A stretch of DNA of 64,000 nt from IMG/VR virus record IMGVR_UViG_3300022900_000008; one strand, written 5' to 3'. A program made the position numbers and the translations under genes. Under the pieces are notes generated by a model. It was not told where the DNA came from. It did no database searches and saw nothing but the letters and a program-made list of their open reading frames with translations. Positions 20,322-30,369 of this stretch are shown here, piece by piece (the first letter of the stretch is position 1; each line of letters begins with the position of its first letter). This DNA comes from an uncultured virus (IMG/VR IMGVR_UViG_3300022900_000008) (taxonomy: Duplodnaviria > Heunggongvirae > Uroviricota > Caudoviricetes).

Positions 20322-20350
20322 TTTACATTCAACCTAAACTATAGTATAAT
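20322..20350 (+). promoter_or_regulatory. Early sigma70-type promoter for gp55
   Basis: TTTACA-N17-TATAAT. Confidence 0.8.
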
Positions 20351-20385
20351 AGTACAATATGATATCGTAGTGATTGAGGAGTATT

Positions 20386-20970
20386 ATGAAACCTAAGCAA
20401 AAACCACACTACGTCAACAACAAGCAGTTCTCTCTGGCTGTCGTTGATTACGTTAAACTCGTGAGAGAGGCCGAGGAAAAGAACGAAAAGCTACCTATCG
20501 TTCCTGACTATATCGCAGAGTGTTTTCTTAAGATCGCTGAGGGTTTATCCCACAAGTCCAACTTTATTCGCTATACCTACCGCGAAGAGATGGTGATGGA
20601 CGCAGTTGAGAACTGTCTCAAAGCAGTGACCAACTACAACATTGAAACAGCGACTCGAACTGGTAACCCTAACGCCTTTGCTTACTTTACACAGATTTGC
20701 TACTATGCATTTCTTCGTAGGTTGGCCAAGGAAAAACGTCAGCAGGACATCAAGTTCAGATTCATTGAGAAAGCAGGTATTGACGACTTTATTCAATACG
20801 ATGAAGGCGGTATGGTTGACCAATCGGTTAGTCGTGCATTCGTTGATCAACTCAAGGACCGTATTGATAAGGTACGCGACCATGATACACAGATCAAAGA
20901 ATTCGCAACAAAAGAAAAGAAAAAGCAAAAAACTAAAAAACGTTCAGGCGTTGAATTGTTTATGGGATAA
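20386..20970 (+). CDS. gp55: Late-transcription sigma factor gp55
   Basis: HYVNNKQF, IAEGLSHKSNFIRYTYREEM, NPNAFAYFTQICYYAFLRR. Confidence 0.97.
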   Translation: MKPKQKPHYVNNKQFSLAVVDYVKLVREAEEKNEKLPIVPDYIAECFLKIAEGLSHKSNFIRYTYREEMVMDAVENCLKAVTNYNIETATRTGNPNAFAYFTQICYYAFLRRLAKEKRQQDIKFRFIEKAGIDDFIQYDEGGMVDQSVSRAFVDQLKDRIDKVRDHDTQIKEFATKEKKKQKTKKRSGVELFMG

Positions 20971-20973
20971 CAT

Positions 20974-22035
20974 ATGAAAATCGCAGTCTTGAATGATACC
21001 CACTGTGGTGTCAGAAATAGCTCAGACATCTTCCTTAATTACCAAGACAGATTCTACAACGAAGTATTCTTTCCTTATCTAAAGGAACACGGCATTACGC
21101 AGATACTTCATCTTGGTGACTATTACGACCATCGTAAGTACGTCAACTTTAAGGCATTAAATCAAAATCGTAAATCGTTTCTTGAACGTATGCGTGACGA
21201 TGGTATTAGCATGGATATCATTCCGGGCAACCACGACGTATACTATAAGAACACTAACTATCTGTGTTCCCTTAAGGAACTACTTGGATACTTTACATCA
21301 AACGTAAACATCGTTATGAAGCCAAAGGTCTTAGACTATGATGGTCTAAAGATAGCACTGGTACCATGGATCAATAACGAGAACTACGAAGAAACGATGA
21401 AGTTCTTAGGTAAGTGTAATGCCTCATGGGTTGGCGCCCACCTCGAACTGACTGGTTTCGAAATGATGCGCGGAGTACAAAACACGCACGGCATGTCGGC
21501 CGAAGTCTTTAAGAGATTCGAGTGTGTTATGACAGGCCACTTCCATACAAAATCGCAACAGGGCAATGTTCATTACCTAGGGTCTCAGATGGAGTTTACC
21601 TGGGCTGACGCCGGCGATCCAAAATACTTTCACGTGATCGATACAGAAACGAGGGAACTAACTCCAGTTCGCAATCCTATCTCTATCTTTGAGAAGGTCG
21701 TTTATGACGATAAGGTTAACGACTATACCAACTTTGATGTTGATAAACTTAAGAATAAGTTCGTAAAGGTAGTCGTTGCTAATAAGTCGGATCCGTTCTT
21801 GTTTGATCGTTTCATTGATCGTATACATCAGGTGGATACCTATGAGTTAAAGATCGCAGAAACGTTTGATGAGTTCCTTGGCTCAAATGTTAACGACGAT
21901 GAGATATCCGTTGAGGATACCACAGAGTTGCTTGACACATACGTCGAGTCGGTTGATACCGAACTTGATAAAGAAAAGATGAAGGGTCTGATGCGAGGGT
22001 TATACGTCGAAGCACAGAATATGGAGATCCTATGA
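20974..22035 (+). CDS. gp47: Recombination endonuclease gp47 (Mre11-like)
   Basis: DTHCG, HLGDYYD, GNHD, GHFH phosphoesterase motifs. Confidence 0.96.
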   Translation: MKIAVLNDTHCGVRNSSDIFLNYQDRFYNEVFFPYLKEHGITQILHLGDYYDHRKYVNFKALNQNRKSFLERMRDDGISMDIIPGNHDVYYKNTNYLCSLKELLGYFTSNVNIVMKPKVLDYDGLKIALVPWINNENYEETMKFLGKCNASWVGAHLELTGFEMMRGVQNTHGMSAEVFKRFECVMTGHFHTKSQQGNVHYLGSQMEFTWADAGDPKYFHVIDTETRELTPVRNPISIFEKVVYDDKVNDYTNFDVDKLKNKFVKVVVANKSDPFLFDRFIDRIHQVDTYELKIAETFDEFLGSNVNDDEISVEDTTELLDTYVESVDTELDKEKMKGLMRGLYVEAQNMEIL

Positions 22036-23750
22036 TTAAGTTTCGTAATGTAAGATGGAAGAACTTCCTATCAACCGGTGACACGTTCCTTGAGGTACAA
22101 CTCGATAGATCGCCATCAACACTAATCGTCGGTCAAAACGGCTCAGGTAAATCAACACTGCTTGACGCATTGTCGTTTGGTTTATTCGGTAAGGCTCACC
22201 GCGATATTAATAAACTGCAGATGGTCAATACTATTAATGGTAAGGGTACCGTCGTTGAGGTTGAGTTTGACATTGGACCGCATTCGTTTAAGGTTGTTCG
22301 TGGTATCAAGCCAAATAAGTTTGAGATATGGCAAAACGACAATATGATCAATCAGGCCTCCATGGCTCGTGACTACCAAAAGTTCCTTGAGCAAAACATT
22401 CTTAAGCTAAACCACAAATCGTTTCACCAGATCGTTGTTCTAGGATCATCCTCATTCATTCCCTTTATGCAACTACCTGCTTACATCCGACGTGAAGTAA
22501 TCGAGGACTTGTTGGATATACAGGTGTTTAGTAAAATGAATCAAATCCTTAAGGAAAGAAACGGTAAACTCAAGGAAGAGATCAACGATACGAACTATCG
22601 CCTTGAGCTTATGAAGGAAAAGGTAACCCTACAGCGTAAGTACATTAGAGATATTACGGAGATTAATGATGGTCAGATTAAAGAAAAACGTAAAGAGATC
22701 GACAACCTCAACAAAGAAATCGATACGTTACAGTCGCAATGTAAAGAGGCCACTGATTACATCGAAAAGGTCCAGGACGAGCTTCAGTCAAACCTTAAAA
22801 AGCAACACGACAAAAAGCAAGCGTTACTCCAATACCAAGCTCAGTTCCAACAGCAAATTAGGACAGTCGTTAAAGACGCGAAGTTTTATGAGGATAATGA
22901 CTCATGCCCCACATGTTCCCAAGATATTAGTGAGAGTGTTAGATCAGGGAAACTCAAAACAGCCCAAGACAAAGCGGCGGAGCTTCACAAAGCAATGGAC
23001 GATGTCTCTACAGAGTCAACTTCTGTGGAACAGGATATTCAACGGCTCAATGAAATTTCCGAGGAAGTACGGAAGAGAACATCACTTGTTTCTTCTAACA
23101 ATACATCAATCTCCAGGATGCAAGGACAGATACGAAATATCGAAAACGACATCAGCAGCCTTAATGGCAAGGGCGGAGATCTAGGCAAGGCCAACTCTGA
23201 ACTGTCCACTCTGGTCGAGGAACGTGACGGCGTATCAGAACAAAAACTCCATTTGATCGATGAAAGAACCTATAACGACGCAGCGGCTGAAATGTTAAAG
23301 GACACTGGCATCAAGACTAAGATCATTAAGGAGTATCTACCAGTGATGAACAAACTGGTGAACAACTACTTACAAGTACTTGACTTCTTTGTATCGTTCC
23401 ACCTTGACGAAAACTTTAACGAGGTCATTAAGTCACGCCATAGGGATTCGTTCAATTATGCATCGTTCTCTGAGGGTGAAAAGCAGCGTATTGATTTGGC
23501 CTTGTTGTTTACATGGCGACAGATCGCACGTATGAAAAACTCAACATCAACAAACCTCCTCGTTTTGGACGAAACCTTCGATAGCTCACTCGACCATGAC
23601 GGCGTAGATAACCTTATGAAGATCCTTGGTACACTGGAGGACGACTCAAACGTATTCGTCATCAGTCACAAGGGTGATCTATTGGATGGTAAATTCCGTA
23701 GTAAGATTGAGTTCGCCAAGGAGCACAACTTTAGTAAGATGGTGGCATGA
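22032..23750 (+). CDS. gp46: Recombination ATPase gp46 (Rad50-like)
   Basis: GQNGSGKST, CPTC zinc hook, FSEGEKQRIDL, LDETFD. Confidence 0.97.
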   Translation: MIKFRNVRWKNFLSTGDTFLEVQLDRSPSTLIVGQNGSGKSTLLDALSFGLFGKAHRDINKLQMVNTINGKGTVVEVEFDIGPHSFKVVRGIKPNKFEIWQNDNMINQASMARDYQKFLEQNILKLNHKSFHQIVVLGSSSFIPFMQLPAYIRREVIEDLLDIQVFSKMNQILKERNGKLKEEINDTNYRLELMKEKVTLQRKYIRDITEINDGQIKEKRKEIDNLNKEIDTLQSQCKEATDYIEKVQDELQSNLKKQHDKKQALLQYQAQFQQQIRTVVKDAKFYEDNDSCPTCSQDISESVRSGKLKTAQDKAAELHKAMDDVSTESTSVEQDIQRLNEISEEVRKRTSLVSSNNTSISRMQGQIRNIENDISSLNGKGGDLGKANSELSTLVEERDGVSEQKLHLIDERTYNDAAAEMLKDTGIKTKIIKEYLPVMNKLVNNYLQVLDFFVSFHLDENFNEVIKSRHRDSFNYASFSEGEKQRIDLALLFTWRQIARMKNSTSTNLLVLDETFDSSLDHDGVDNLMKILGTLEDDSNVFVISHKGDLLDGKFRSKIEFAKEHNFSKMVA

Positions 23751-23929
23751 AACCAAACACGGAGTTCAGATTAGACGTAAAAGACATAGCTTTGATAGAA
23801 AAAGCTCTGCAGGAACTACAGTCTAACTTAAGCAATAATGACGATAAACGACGCGTTGTTGATCTGTTGGCTAAGATATATCATCAGAAAGTTTGGTACA
23901 GACCTAAGGAAAATTACGTCTCTGGCTAA
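23747..23929 (+). CDS. Small conserved hypothetical protein
   Basis: LLAKIYHQKVWYRPK..YVSG; coupled to the gp46 stop. Confidence 0.6.
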   Translation: MKPNTEFRLDVKDIALIEKALQELQSNLSNNDDKRRVVDLLAKIYHQKVWYRPKENYVSG

Positions 23930-23953
23930 AAAAAATGAACTTTTTTTCATAAA

Positions 23954-24018
23954 TATGCATATTAGCTATTTACATCCATACGAAACTATGGTAGAATAGT
24001 ACTATCAAATGGAAGGAG
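23954..24018 (+). promoter_or_regulatory. Class A early promoter plus conserved leader
   Basis: TATGCATATTAGCTA-TTTACA(23969)-N17-TAGAAT(23992), then TATCAAATGGAAGGAG at 24003-24018. Confidence 0.85.
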
Positions 24019-24023
24019 TAGCC

Positions 24024-26195
24024 ATGAACGAGTCAAAGTCAATCCTAGCAAAACTGCTGGCGAAGGAGAACATCACCGTCCGCTATGGGAACTACCATAC
24101 GGCATCGTTTGACGTCCAAAATCGTATTCTTTGCTTACCTATGTGGAAGTATGATAACAAAGGTTTGCTTGATATGTTGGTCGGTCACGAAGTAGGTCAT
24201 GCCCTTTATACACCTGCCGAAGGTTGGCACGATTGTGAGATCGAAGTTCCTGGGATCCCTCGCGCGTTTATCAATATAGTCGAAGATATCCGTATTGAGA
24301 AAAAAATCCAGAGACAGTATCCTGGGTTGGTCCGTTCCTTTAAGCAAGGCTACGCACATCTGTTTGAGAACGACTTCTTTGAGATCGCAGGCAAAGACAT
24401 TTCGGATATGTCGTTTATGAATCGCCTTAATATTAAGTCCAAACTACGCGAACTTGTTGAGGTACCTTTTAACGCAATTGAACAGCAGTTCGTAGACATG
24501 GCTATGAACGTTGAGACTTGGGATGACGTTCTTAACGTATGCAGAGCCTTACTTGAGTTTGCTGAGCAGGAGGATAACAATGAAACTGAGGAGTTACAAT
24601 CCGCAGAGGCGCAAGCGCCGTCTTCAGGTCAAGATCAAGATGCTGAATCTCAAACTGAGGATTTTGGATCTGCTGACGAAGATGGTGGAGATGATACCGA
24701 CACTCAACAGCAGATGGATACAGATCAAAACAACGGATCTGATGCTGATGTTGATCAACATCCGAGTGGACACCGTCAAGACAGTGATGGCGACAAAACT
24801 GAGGATAACCAGAAGCAGTTAGGTGGTGAGGAAGGCAATCGTGAACTTGCTGATTCTCCACTAACCAACAAAAAGTCTCACCGTGTTGAGACTGATGAAG
24901 CTCTTCGTCGTAACGAAAGCAAGCTACTTGATACCGATGAAGTAGGATCACAGCCAAAGATCGTAAATGGTTTTCGTAAGGAACAGATCAACGATATGCT
25001 TGTATCCTACAAGGAAGTAATGGCTTCTCGTCAAAAGGTTATGGAGGCAAACCCTGGTGGTTACAAATACGACGTCTCTGAACACGCATCGGACTTCGCT
25101 GAGTTTATGGCTGAAACTAAAAAGGTAACATCAGTCATGGCTAAAGAGTTTGAGATGCGTAAAGCCGCATATCAATACAGCCGCGCTCAGACTGCACGCT
25201 CTGGTTCGTTGGACGTAAACAAGCTACACAGCTACAAGTACAACGACGATATCTTTAGCCGCGTTACAAAACTTGCTGATGCAAAGTCACACGGTATGAT
25301 TATGCTAGTTGACTACTCAGGCTCAATGCATGGGATCATGGGATCAGTCATCAAGCAAATACTTAACTTATCAACGTTCTGTAAGAAAGTCAATATACCG
25401 TTTGAGGTTTATGGCTTTACTAACGGCAGATGGGAAAACGCTAAAGCAACCCTACTTCCTGGTGATATTGACCACCGTGATGTTCGTATCTTTAACCTTT
25501 TATCTTCGTCTATGACTAAGACTGATTACGACACTGCGTTCTTTCAAATGTTTATGCAGACTTGTGGTTACGGTATGCCATACGGTAACTTCTGCGGTGA
25601 GTATGACCAACTTGGTGGTACTCCGCTAAACGAATCACTGATCGCAATGCCGCATATCGTACAACAGTTCAAGAGTCGTCATCCAGTGCAACGCGTCATT
25701 AACGTGATTATCACTGACGGTGATGCTCAGTACATGTACACAAAGGAAGATGCATCAACCGTTCATACTCGTGGTACAGCTGTTTCTATAAATAACAAAA
25801 TAGTTAAAGCGTTTAGCAACCATGACCTTACTGTGAAACTGACTGATAACCTTCGTTCATTGGGTTGTACTAATGTTGGGTTCTTCCTAGCAGAACGTCG
25901 TTATGACTCAAACCGAGCAATCAGTAGAGCAACAGGATCTTGGGATCAAGAGTCATTCCGTAACGCAAACAAAATGCTAAACAAGAATAAGTTTGCCTCA
26001 TACGATGACACACTTGGTTATGATCGTTTCTTCGTAGTGAAAGCGGATCGTCGCACACTTGATACTGATACTGAAGATTTTGCAATTCGTGAGAACGCAA
26101 CCAAAGGTGAGATCACTCGAGCCTTTAAGAAGTTCGCTAACAGTAAGAAAGGAAACCGCGTGCTCGCAGCTCAATTTGCTCAAATGGTGGCATGA
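24024..26195 (+). CDS. CobT-like protein: HExxH peptidase-like domain, acidic linker, VWA domain
   Basis: HEVGH, NIVEDIRIE, MIDAS DYSGSM and TDG; true start likely 24024 after GGAG. Confidence 0.85.
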   Translation: MNESKSILAKLLAKENITVRYGNYHTASFDVQNRILCLPMWKYDNKGLLDMLVGHEVGHALYTPAEGWHDCEIEVPGIPRAFINIVEDIRIEKKIQRQYPGLVRSFKQGYAHLFENDFFEIAGKDISDMSFMNRLNIKSKLRELVEVPFNAIEQQFVDMAMNVETWDDVLNVCRALLEFAEQEDNNETEELQSAEAQAPSSGQDQDAESQTEDFGSADEDGGDDTDTQQQMDTDQNNGSDADVDQHPSGHRQDSDGDKTEDNQKQLGGEEGNRELADSPLTNKKSHRVETDEALRRNESKLLDTDEVGSQPKIVNGFRKEQINDMLVSYKEVMASRQKVMEANPGGYKYDVSEHASDFAEFMAETKKVTSVMAKEFEMRKAAYQYSRAQTARSGSLDVNKLHSYKYNDDIFSRVTKLADAKSHGMIMLVDYSGSMHGIMGSVIKQILNLSTFCKKVNIPFEVYGFTNGRWENAKATLLPGDIDHRDVRIFNLLSSSMTKTDYDTAFFQMFMQTCGYGMPYGNFCGEYDQLGGTPLNESLIAMPHIVQQFKSRHPVQRVINVIITDGDAQYMYTKEDASTVHTRGTAVSINNKIVKAFSNHDLTVKLTDNLRSLGCTNVGFFLAERRYDSNRAISRATGSWDQESFRNANKMLNKNKFASYDDTLGYDRFFVVKADRRTLDTDTEDFAIRENATKGEITRAFKKFANSKKGNRVLAAQFAQMVA

Positions 26196-26377
26196 GAAAA
26201 GACAAAGGAATTGAGATCACTAAGGACGGACCTATAGATAAAGTCCTTAGTGGTCCACAGTTGATGTACCACAGACATACAGGATTTAGCCAATTTTTTC
26301 GTATGAAAGATTACAACGACAGAGTAGATCAATGGTGGAAAGATAAGAAAAAAAGTGAAAAAAGTGAAAAAAAATAG
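26192..26377 (+). CDS. Small hypothetical protein
   Basis: Overlapping ATGA coupling; 3' end runs into the A-tracts of the next promoter. Confidence 0.35.
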   Translation: MRKDKGIEITKDGPIDKVLSGPQLMYHRHTGFSQFFRMKDYNDRVDQWWKDKKKSEKSEKK

Positions 26378-26387
26378 CATTTGGCTA

Positions 26388-26437
26388 TTTACATTGGTAG
26401 AAGACTATGGTATAATAGTACTATCAAATGGAAGGAG
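26388..26437 (+). promoter_or_regulatory. Class A early promoter plus conserved leader
   Basis: TTTACA(26388)-N17-TATAAT(26411); TATCAAATGGAAGGAG at 26422-26437. Confidence 0.85.
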
Positions 26438-26445
26438 ACTATATT

Positions 26446-27606
26446 ATGACTACATTAACTCTTGCACAGGACACTATCGTCAGATCTTTGGCGTCATCCG
26501 ACAAGACAGAATTTACACCAGCCGAGCTTATGGCTACGGCGTCTAACCTTGGCTTTCCTAAGTCAGAAGGTTACAAACTCGCTCACGCAATGCCTAAGGT
26601 TCGTCGTGGCGTATATAATCTCGAAGCGGTTATACTACCGTTCAGGGATGAACAACATAAGGAAAATGTTTCAGTGGCATCGTCAGTACAATCAGTTTTG
26701 AACGATGAGGTATATGTACCTTCACTTGATACCACTTACGTAAAGTGGGGTCACTACAAGGACGTTGAGTCAATCGTTAAGTCTGGTATCTTTTATCCAG
26801 TATATGTCGCTGGTCTGTCAGGCAACGGTAAGACTATGATGGTTGAGCAGGCTTGTGCCAAAACCAATCGTCAATACGTTCGTGTACAAATTACTCCTGA
26901 GACCGATGAGGACGATCTTATCGGTGGTTTCCGTTTAGTTAACGGTGAGACTGTTTTCTCAGAAGGTCCAGTCATCAAGGCAATGAAGCAAGGCGCAATC
27001 CTTCTCATTGACGAGATTGACCGTGGATCAAACAAGATCATGTGTCTACAAGGTGTTCTTGAAGGCAAGCCTGTTATGATCAAAAAGACAGGTCAAGTCG
27101 TTAGTCCCTCAAAAGGATTTAACGTTATTGCAACAGCAAACACTAAAGGTAAGGGTTCTGATGATGGTCGTTTCGTAGCAGCAACGATTATCGATGAAGC
27201 TTTCCTTGAGCGTTTCACGATCACAATGGAACAACCGTATCCAACACTTGCGACTGAAAAGCGTATCATTATCAATCACATGAAAAAGTTTGATTGTATT
27301 GATGAGGATTTCGCAGTACTACTGTCGCAGTGGTCTGAAACTATTCGTAAGACATATGATGATGACGGTATCGATGAATTGATCTCGACTCGTCGTTTGT
27401 GTCACATCGTCCAAACCTTCTCGATCTTTAATGATCGTATGAAGTCAATCGGACTTTGTGTAAACCGTTTTGACCAAGATACTAAGGAAGCATTCCTTGA
27501 TCTGTATAGCAAGGTCGATGTAACGGTCACTGACGGTTCAGAAACAACAACTTCTGAAACCGATGTTCAACTTGATGATATTTTAGAGGATGCATTGAAT
27601 GGTTAA
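26446..27606 (+). CDS. cobS: CobS/MoxR-like AAA+ ATPase
   Basis: GLSGNGKT, ETDEDDLIGG, LLIDEID, ATANTKGKG, AFLERF. Confidence 0.9.
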   Translation: MTTLTLAQDTIVRSLASSDKTEFTPAELMATASNLGFPKSEGYKLAHAMPKVRRGVYNLEAVILPFRDEQHKENVSVASSVQSVLNDEVYVPSLDTTYVKWGHYKDVESIVKSGIFYPVYVAGLSGNGKTMMVEQACAKTNRQYVRVQITPETDEDDLIGGFRLVNGETVFSEGPVIKAMKQGAILLIDEIDRGSNKIMCLQGVLEGKPVMIKKTGQVVSPSKGFNVIATANTKGKGSDDGRFVAATIIDEAFLERFTITMEQPYPTLATEKRIIINHMKKFDCIDEDFAVLLSQWSETIRKTYDDDGIDELISTRRLCHIVQTFSIFNDRMKSIGLCVNRFDQDTKEAFLDLYSKVDVTVTDGSETTTSETDVQLDDILEDALNG

Positions 27607-28069
27607 ATATAAGTTCAACGAAGGAGCTCTGATCGCAGAGCTCCAGTCGTACATTGACGGTACTTATGATGGGCACTACTCCAAGAATAAGTTCCAATCT
27701 ACAGAGTTCATTATTGACTGCGGTCATGGTGAAGGATTTGCTTTAGGCAACTGCTTAAAGTACGTTCAGCGTTATGGTAAAAAGGACGGTAAGAACCGAA
27801 AGGATCTTATGAAGGTTCTGCATTACGCTCTTATTGCGCTCCATGTTCATGATGAGGAACAGGAAACTGATTCCCCTTCAGACAGCATGGACTTTGGCGC
27901 TAACCTATCTTATGGTATAGGAACTTCTTATACTGCTGAAAATTATACTGATGAGGCTATTTACAATTCGCCTAAAGTAGTGTATAATGGTAGTATCGAT
28001 AGCATTACTCCACAGCAGTGGAACACAATGAATCAAAAACATCTTAACGAAACCAAGGAAACTAAATGA
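27599..28069 (+). CDS. DUF3310-like conserved phage protein
   Basis: TYDGHYS, GFALGNCLKYVQRYGKKDG..RKDLMKVLHY. Confidence 0.7.
   Translation: MVKYKFNEGALIAELQSYIDGTYDGHYSKNKFQSTEFIIDCGHGEGFALGNCLKYVQRYGKKDGKNRKDLMKVLHYALIALHVHDEEQETDSPSDSMDFGANLSYGIGTSYTAENYTDEAIYNSPKVVYNGSIDSITPQQWNTMNQKHLNETKETK
27960..27988 (+). promoter_or_regulatory. Early-type promoter for gp45, inside the upstream ORF
   Basis: TTTACA-N17-TATAAT with an extended -10 TG. Confidence 0.75.
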
Positions 28070-28755
28070 TGAATCTTTCAAGTGAAACGACCGCAGTTCT
28101 TAAGAACTTTGCAAACATTAACTCTAACATCGTGTTCAAAACAGGTAGCACGATTAAAACTATGGCCGAGGCTAAGAACATTCTTGCCAAGGCATCGGTA
28201 TCCGAAGTATTCCCAGATCGTGAGTTTGGTATTTACGATCTGAACGAGTTCCTCGGTGTGACGAGCATGTTCGAAAATCCAGAATTGAAGTTCAATGAGG
28301 AAATGACTTCCGTATCTATTGCGGAAGGCAAGCGCTCTGTAAAATACTTCTTCTCGGATCCGTCCATTCTCACTTCTCCTTCCAAGGACATCGTCATGCC
28401 GTCCACCGAGGTCACCTTCACGTTAAGCAACGACGACCTTTCCGCATTGCGTAAAGCAGCATCAACTCTTGGTGTTAGTGATGTGGTTGTTACTGGAGCT
28501 GAAGGTGCATCTGACGCTAAGATCATGGTCACTGATGTAAATGATTCGACCGCTAACTCCTTTGAGCTAGAACTGTCGAACGTTACACGACCATCCGATC
28601 AATTTAATTTCGTATTCAATATTGGTAACTTCAAACTTATCTCTGGCGATTACGATGTTGCAATCTCAAGCAAGCTAATCTCGCATTTCAAGAGTCAGGC
28701 AGCTGACGTGGAATATTGGATTGCGCTTGAGAAATCATCTACCTTTGGTGGATAA
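28066..28755 (+). CDS. gp45: Sliding clamp gp45
   Basis: LKNFANINSNI, FGIYDLNEFL, YWIALE. Confidence 0.96.
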   Translation: MMNLSSETTAVLKNFANINSNIVFKTGSTIKTMAEAKNILAKASVSEVFPDREFGIYDLNEFLGVTSMFENPELKFNEEMTSVSIAEGKRSVKYFFSDPSILTSPSKDIVMPSTEVTFTLSNDDLSALRKAASTLGVSDVVVTGAEGASDAKIMVTDVNDSTANSFELELSNVTRPSDQFNFVFNIGNFKLISGDYDVAISSKLISHFKSQAADVEYWIALEKSSTFGG

Positions 28756-28796
28756 ATAAACTACTCTAGTCGACTAAACTTTTATAGGAGTAAATT

Positions 28797-29096
28797 ATGT
28801 CTGAAGAGCAAGCAGCAGATACTGCAGTAGAACAGGAGGCGGCTGCGGAAGCACCACCTTCACTGGGTATCCAAGACTTGGCCGCTATGGTACAAGTGAT
28901 CGACGTATGTTCCAAACGTGGGGCCTTTGAGGGTCCAGAATTGGAATCAGTGGGTGTCCTTCGTGGACGCTTGGTTAAATTCGTTGAGGCGAATAAACCA
29001 CCTGCCCCAGAAGGTGAAGCAGAAGGCGAGCAACCTGCCGCTGAAGCTGCACCAACTGAAGAAGAACAGGGACGAATGCCAAAAGATGTTGGCTAA
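28797..29096 (+). CDS. Conserved hypothetical protein
   Basis: IDVCSKRGAFEGPELESVG motif; AGGAG RBS; late-type box at 28751. Confidence 0.7.
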   Translation: MSEEQAADTAVEQEAAAEAPPSLGIQDLAAMVQVIDVCSKRGAFEGPELESVGVLRGRLVKFVEANKPPAPEGEAEGEQPAAEAAPTEEEQGRMPKDVG

Positions 29097-29102
29097 ATCC
29101 TT

Positions 29103-29127
29103 GGGGGAGACTTCGGTCTCCCTCTTC
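29103..29127 (+). terminator. Hairpin (terminator or processing signal) before the tRNA
   Basis: GGGAGAC-TTCG-GTCTCCC, a UUCG tetraloop stem. Confidence 0.6.
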
Positions 29128-29131
29128 ATCT

Positions 29132-29208
<77 letters not shown>

Positions 29209-29233
29209 CCTTATTTTATTATGGAGTATGTGA

Positions 29234-30172
29234 ATGTCTACTGACTTTCTATGGGTCGAAAAGTATCGCCCCAAAACTATATCTGATTGTATTCTTCCAA
29301 CTGATCTTAAAGAAGTATTCGGTAAGATCGTTGAGAAAAACGAATTACCTAATATGTTATTCTCTGGTTCAGCTGGCGTCGGTAAGACGACGGTCGCTAA
29401 GGCATTGTGCCACGAACTAGAACTTGACTACATTTTAATTAACGGATCCGAGGAGGGTAACATTGATACTCTTCGCGGTAAGATCAAACAGTTTGCCTCT
29501 ACGGTCTCACTTCAAGGTGGCTATAAGGTAGTCATACTTGACGAGGCTGATTATCTTAATCCGCAATCAACACAACCTGCTCTTCGTGCATTCATCGAGG
29601 AGTTCTCAAACAACTGCCGATTCATTCTGACTTGTAACTTCAAGAACCGAATTATTGAGCCGTTGCATTCTCGTTGTTCAGTATACGAGTTTGGTATTCC
29701 TAACGATCAAAAGCCACAGCTTGCGGCTAACTTCTTTGCACGAATGACTGACATTCTTGGTAAGGAAGGTGTACCGTTTGAGCAAAAGGCAGTAGCCGCT
29801 CTCGTTGAACGGTACTTCCCTGATTGGCGTCGTGTGATCAATGAGTGTCAACGATACTCAGTCGCAGGTCGTATTGATGCTGGTGTACTTGTTAATCTGT
29901 CAGAGGATAACATCAATGCACTTATGGGATCTCTTAAGGATAAGAACTTCAAGGGTATGCGCAAGTGGGTCGTTGACAATATGGATACGGAACCGCAAGC
30001 AATCTTTCGTAAGATCTATGACAACATGAGTAAGTATCTGCAGCCGCAGTCCATTCCTCAAGTTGTTCTCATTCTTGCTGACTATCAGTATAAGAATGCA
30101 TTCGTAGCGGATCATGAACTCAATGTTGTAGCTTGTATGACAGAGATCATGGCCTCAGCGGAGTGGGTATGA
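29234..30172 (+). CDS. gp44: Clamp loader large subunit gp44
   Basis: LWVEKYRP, GSAGVGKTT, ILDEAD, PLHSRC. Confidence 0.97.
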   Translation: MSTDFLWVEKYRPKTISDCILPTDLKEVFGKIVEKNELPNMLFSGSAGVGKTTVAKALCHELELDYILINGSEEGNIDTLRGKIKQFASTVSLQGGYKVVILDEADYLNPQSTQPALRAFIEEFSNNCRFILTCNFKNRIIEPLHSRCSVYEFGIPNDQKPQLAANFFARMTDILGKEGVPFEQKAVAALVERYFPDWRRVINECQRYSVAGRIDAGVLVNLSEDNINALMGSLKDKNFKGMRKWVVDNMDTEPQAIFRKIYDNMSKYLQPQSIPQVVLILADYQYKNAFVADHELNVVACMTEIMASAEWV

Positions 30173-30369
30173 TAGAATACCGAATCTGGGAAAAGGTTGT
30201 AGCTAGAGCGCTAGACTACTATATCGGCCGCAATGACGAGGACGAACCAAAGGTACCTGTGTTGACTATGGAACACGCAAGGTTAGGTTTGTATCTTCGT
30301 ATGTTGTTGCAATTCGTTAATTGGATCACCTGCTTCTTTATTATAGCGGGTGTCGTGAGGCATTGGTAA
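30169..30369 (+). CDS. Small membrane protein
   Basis: Coupled between gp44 and gp62; hydrophobic C-terminus NWITCFFIIAGVVRHW. Confidence 0.6.
   Translation: MIEYRIWEKVVARALDYYIGRNDEDEPKVPVLTMEHARLGLYLRMLLQFVNWITCFFIIAGVVRHW

Noticed and set aside
26446..27606. Cobalamin-biosynthesis auxiliary metabolic gene
   Set aside because: No CobN or other cob genes; better explained as a MoxR-type AAA+/VWA pair.
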